A stretch of DNA of 63,879 bases, counting the filler, from Sphaeroforma arctica JP610 (Eukaryota), in the NCBI RefSeq assembly GCF_001186125.1. It is 5 parts of one record of this genome, joined end to end, with 100 filler letters (N's around TTAATTAATTAA, not from the genome) between each part and the next. Parts side by side here need not be neighbours in the genome. Positions count along the whole stretch, not along the records: positions 33,613 to 61,272 come from NW_014040546.1; positions 61,373 to 63,879 come from NW_014040546.1; 3 more parts are not named here. One strand, given 5' to 3'. Shown piece after piece: positions 60,337 to 63,879 of this stretch (its first letter is position 1; every line of letters starts with the position of its first letter). A program made the translations under genes and the position numbers. The notes beneath the pieces were generated by a model. The model did no database searches. It had not been told where the DNA came from and worked only from the letters and a program-made list of their open reading frames with translations.

Positions 60337-62014
60337 CACAGACGCGACGTAAAATATCATTGAAGAACTTCTCCCGAAGTTTTTCGAACGACCCTTTGTT
60401 GCTGTATTAATAATCACTAAATACGACAATTTGTACTTTTTTTCTAGACATTCATTGACTAGCCTTCTAAAACATTATACGGCTGTGCCCGGGTGCTCGG
60501 GAGGCCCTATTTACATAGTTGGCTCTATAGTATACGGGTGATTAAACTTATTGTTTTTTTTCTTCATATATTTATATGATGTAGTGTAGAAACATATTGT
60601 CGTATTGTCGTACTACTGCGTTGTCCAACTATCGTATTCAAGCATCCTGTTTTAAATGCGACAGCCGTCAGACGGTCATCAGCTTCACACCTCGAGATCA
60701 AAAATCGAATCGGTGATAAAAAAATCACAAAGAACAACATTTCTATGCCTTCTATGGCACTCAATGCTCCATTTTTATTGCTACATATTTATATACAGCT
60801 CAGGTGACGAGTATGTACACATTGCATTTTCAAAAGTGAATGTATTGACGTAAAGAATTTCAAGATGAACATCCTTTCTTTTAAAACTACATATAAAAAC
60901 ACGTAGCCTTCTCGCTTGTCTTCTTGCGATGGACAAAACATCAGGGCAAAGTCGACGGACCACAAGTGATACAAGTTTAAAAAAAAGAGACATTGTATTA
61001 AAAATAAGTCAACATGACTGACATATATAAAAGTATGTATTTTAAAATATATATACCGCGACGTATTTTCTTTCGTTCAACGACCTACTCGGCTACGCTT
61101 TTCAAATGCTACCTATCTATATATATTTGTTAACCTCACCTCTTGTATATCATTCCAAACAGCAAGAGTGTTCATCGCTATTTCCTGAAAGCACACACAA
61201 ACACACGGGTATACGCACACACACACAGGTGTAAACACACACACACACACACACACACAAAGACTATATATANNNNNNNNNNNNNNNNNNNNNNNNNNNN
61301 NNNNNNNNNNNNNNNNTTAATTAATTAANNNNNNNNNNNNNNNNNNNNNNNNNNNNNNNNNNNNNNNNNNNNTATATATATATATATATTATTATATATG
61401 AAAACCGCATACACCAATGGAATAGTGTGGATTATCATGGGTTAAAAGCGGTTGTATAGTACCCGTGGCACCGACTTGTAGTTTCATTGAAACATTGGGT
61501 GGGATACAAGCCGTCAAAGTCATCAACGAATGAAACCTTTTATATGTGCAGGTGTGCACTCGCTGTATTATGACATCACCACCAAATAACCTTATCCGAA
61601 TACGACGCAATCTAGAACGAATACATCGAATGCACTGTTGTCCGTTTGAGACAGCGCTGTCGTCGCATATTTTGGGGCACATCAAGTGAGAGCACATATT
61701 TCACACATGACACGAGGTGTATAAACGGCCTTATGTTTGATTTTTATATGGACTGTCGCATTCTGAACCCTGAAACCCAAAAACCATAAACCCTTAATCC
61801 TTTTAACAGAAATCCTAAAACCTTAAACCCAAGAAGAGACCTTCAGAACTTAAAAAACCCCAGAGCCCGTATTTATATGTTCAATTTAGAAGGCCGTGCG
61901 TAACCAAGTGTTTTTAGGTCTCTTGATCATAACCCACACACAGCTGTTGATTTGGAAGGCTATGATCTACAGCCAAACCTCCTTCGGGAGAGTGCGCAAA
62001 TGGCGGTCTGGCGG

Positions 62015-62260
62015 TCGATATTAAAGGGATTCTGTGTGAGATATCTATTACGCTCGCACGCACGTGCATGAGGTACAATACATTGCTCAACTGCATCGGA
62101 TGAATGGACATCAATTGTCGATGTGTTGTGTTTTTGTTCGATATTAATGGGATTCTGTGCAAGATATTTATTACGCTCGCACACAAGTGCAGGAGGTACA
62201 TTACATTGCTCAACTGTATCGGATGAATGGACATCAATTGTCGATGTGTTGTGTGTTTGT
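62015..62260. repeat. ~124-bp tandem duplication
   Basis: cgatatta..gggattctgtg...ggacatcaattgtcgatgtgttgtgt occurs twice. Confidence 0.85.
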
Positions 62261-62863
62261 CATGTTGAATGCGTAGTTCGTGTTCATATCGATATTTTGT
62301 AATTGTCAATCCATACATCGTCTATGACATTAAATGCTATGTGATTTATTTATTATTTTCTGATACCTTCATACTTCACACCGTATCGTGCGTGGATGTA
62401 CTATTCTTATTTCTTTGTGTAGTATCCTAGCTCCATCGAAACCACTATGTCCCGGTGCGCATGCCTTCAGCTGTCTCAGCTCATACTGCACTTCCCGTAC
62501 CTTTCGGGTGTACCTTCGATACAGCTTCTCTCAGCGGTTTAAGTCTCCGTTTAATTTGTAATAGTGTTTGGTTTGCGACGGGGTGTGTCGGATATATCTG
62601 TGACCAATCTATATACAACACTCCCTAAGTCGTCAAGACCACTCCTTCTCAGTCAGCACTCACTCCTTCTCAGTCAGCACTGTCTCGGGCTGTGAGAACT
62701 GACTTCAGCTGCACAAACACACTAAATATATATATATATATATATATGCTATTTATAATGCGTTTGTCCCGTCATGCTTCGGTAGTAAGAAGAGGGTTCC
62801 CACGTCATGAAACAGTTGCCAACACCTTAGCAACCGTCACCAAGGAAGCATCTCCCCTTAGCA

Positions 62864-63116
62864 TCACGGCCATATACCTCCATCCGGGCCCTCTCGCGCT
62901 ATGATTGCTGACTCCAGCAACTCAGCCACCTCTGTGTGTCCTTTCAATTGGGCTTCCATTAACGGTGTATGCCCCCACCGGTCCCGTGGGGTTAAGGGCA
63001 GGTTACTATTCTTATGTAGCAGGTACTTCAGTAGCGTCAGATGTCCTTCGGCACAGCACAGGTGCAAAGGGGTGCGACCGTCGTAGTCGGCCATGTGGCT
63101 GTGGATTAGACCCCGC
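62864..63116 (-). CDS. Terminal exon of an ankyrin-repeat protein (glutaminase- or asparaginase-type C-terminal ankyrins); remainder outside the window
   Basis: Acceptor cag ending at 63117, then ADYDGRTPLHLCCAEGHLTLLKYLL...RDRWGHTPLMEAQLKGHTEVAELLES...IWP*; two ankyrin repeats with DYDGRT/DRWG motifs like glutaminase. Confidence 0.8.
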
Positions 63117-63239
63117 CTGCAGCGAGAGGGACGGGGGAAAACTTGGTTTAGGACAAGGGAAAAACTTGGTTTTAGTTTATATTGTGCGTTTAGAGATTCC
63201 GGTATTTACAGGCCCTTAGACGATTAAGAAGTAAGTAAA

Positions 63240-63879
63240 CACCACAGATAAAAACACACACATACACACACTAACAAATGCATATACAAAAACATACACA
63301 ATCAAATGCACGTACACATACATTCACATATATTCACAAACAAATGCACATACACATACATACACAAACAAATGCTCATACACATACATCCACTTACATA
63401 CCCAAACAATTGCACATACACATACATACACAAATAAATGCACATACACATACATACACAAACAAATGCACATACATACACAAACAATTGCACGTACACA
63501 TACACACACAAACAAATGCAAATACACATAAATTCACATACATACACAAACAATGCACATACACATACATACACAAACAAATGCACATACACATACAAAC
63601 AAATGTACATACACATACATTGACATACATACACAAACAAATGGACATACATACACAAACAAATGCACATACACATACATACCCAAACAAATGCACATAC
63701 ATACACAAAAAATGCACATACCCATACATAAACATACATACACAAACAAATGCACATGCATACACAAACAAATGCACATGCATACACAAACAAATGCACA
63801 TACACATACTACACTTACATACCCAAACAAATGCACATAAACATACATACACAAACAAATGCAGATACACATACATACA
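63240..63879. repeat. CA-rich intronic low-complexity repeat (acacaaacaaatgcacatacacatacat)
   Basis: Degenerate ~22-28-bp units; source of the MCVY-type junk ORFs. Confidence 0.9.

Noticed and set aside
60361..60390. Heat-shock element upstream of DnaJ
   Set aside because: GAA/TTC triplets lack the nGAAnnTTCn spacing.
63302..63876. Long MCVY/YIYI-rich ORFs (also near 19500, 38800, 58400)
   Set aside because: Translations of microsatellite and low-complexity DNA.

Overview
Eukaryotic, intron-rich draft scaffold. GT-AG introns, abundant (CA)n/(TA)n microsatellites and N-gaps containing the artificial TTAATTAATTAA linker. Gene content and style suggest an opisthokont protist, possibly an ichthyosporean (inference only). 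By phase-checking splice sites I reconstructed five spliced genes: the 3' part of a CERT-like START-domain gene (+), an 11-exon TEL2/TELO2 gene (-, with a probable GC-AG intron), an 8-exon urease accessory UreF gene (+), a 10-exon class A DnaJ gene with a ~425-aa Q/N/S-rich N-terminal extension and a CaaX end (-), and the last exon of an ankyrin-repeat gene (-). Four long single-ORF genes are also present: a multi-C2H2 zinc-finger protein, a membrane LtaS/sulfatase-like enzyme, a DUF5672-like protein and a secreted Pmp-repeat beta-helix protein. Other content: a degenerate PARP catalytic domain with a WWE-like insert; an atypical tRNA-Ser(AGA) with U1:A72 and A73, plus a decayed tandem copy; TE debris (LINE RT, PIF/Harbinger-like transposase, Ty3/gypsy RNase H, two MITEs); many minisatellites. 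The most striking window-wide pattern is repeated duplication of splice junctions, leaving decayed donor/acceptor copies next to exons in four genes. All family assignments are from motif recognition, without database searches.
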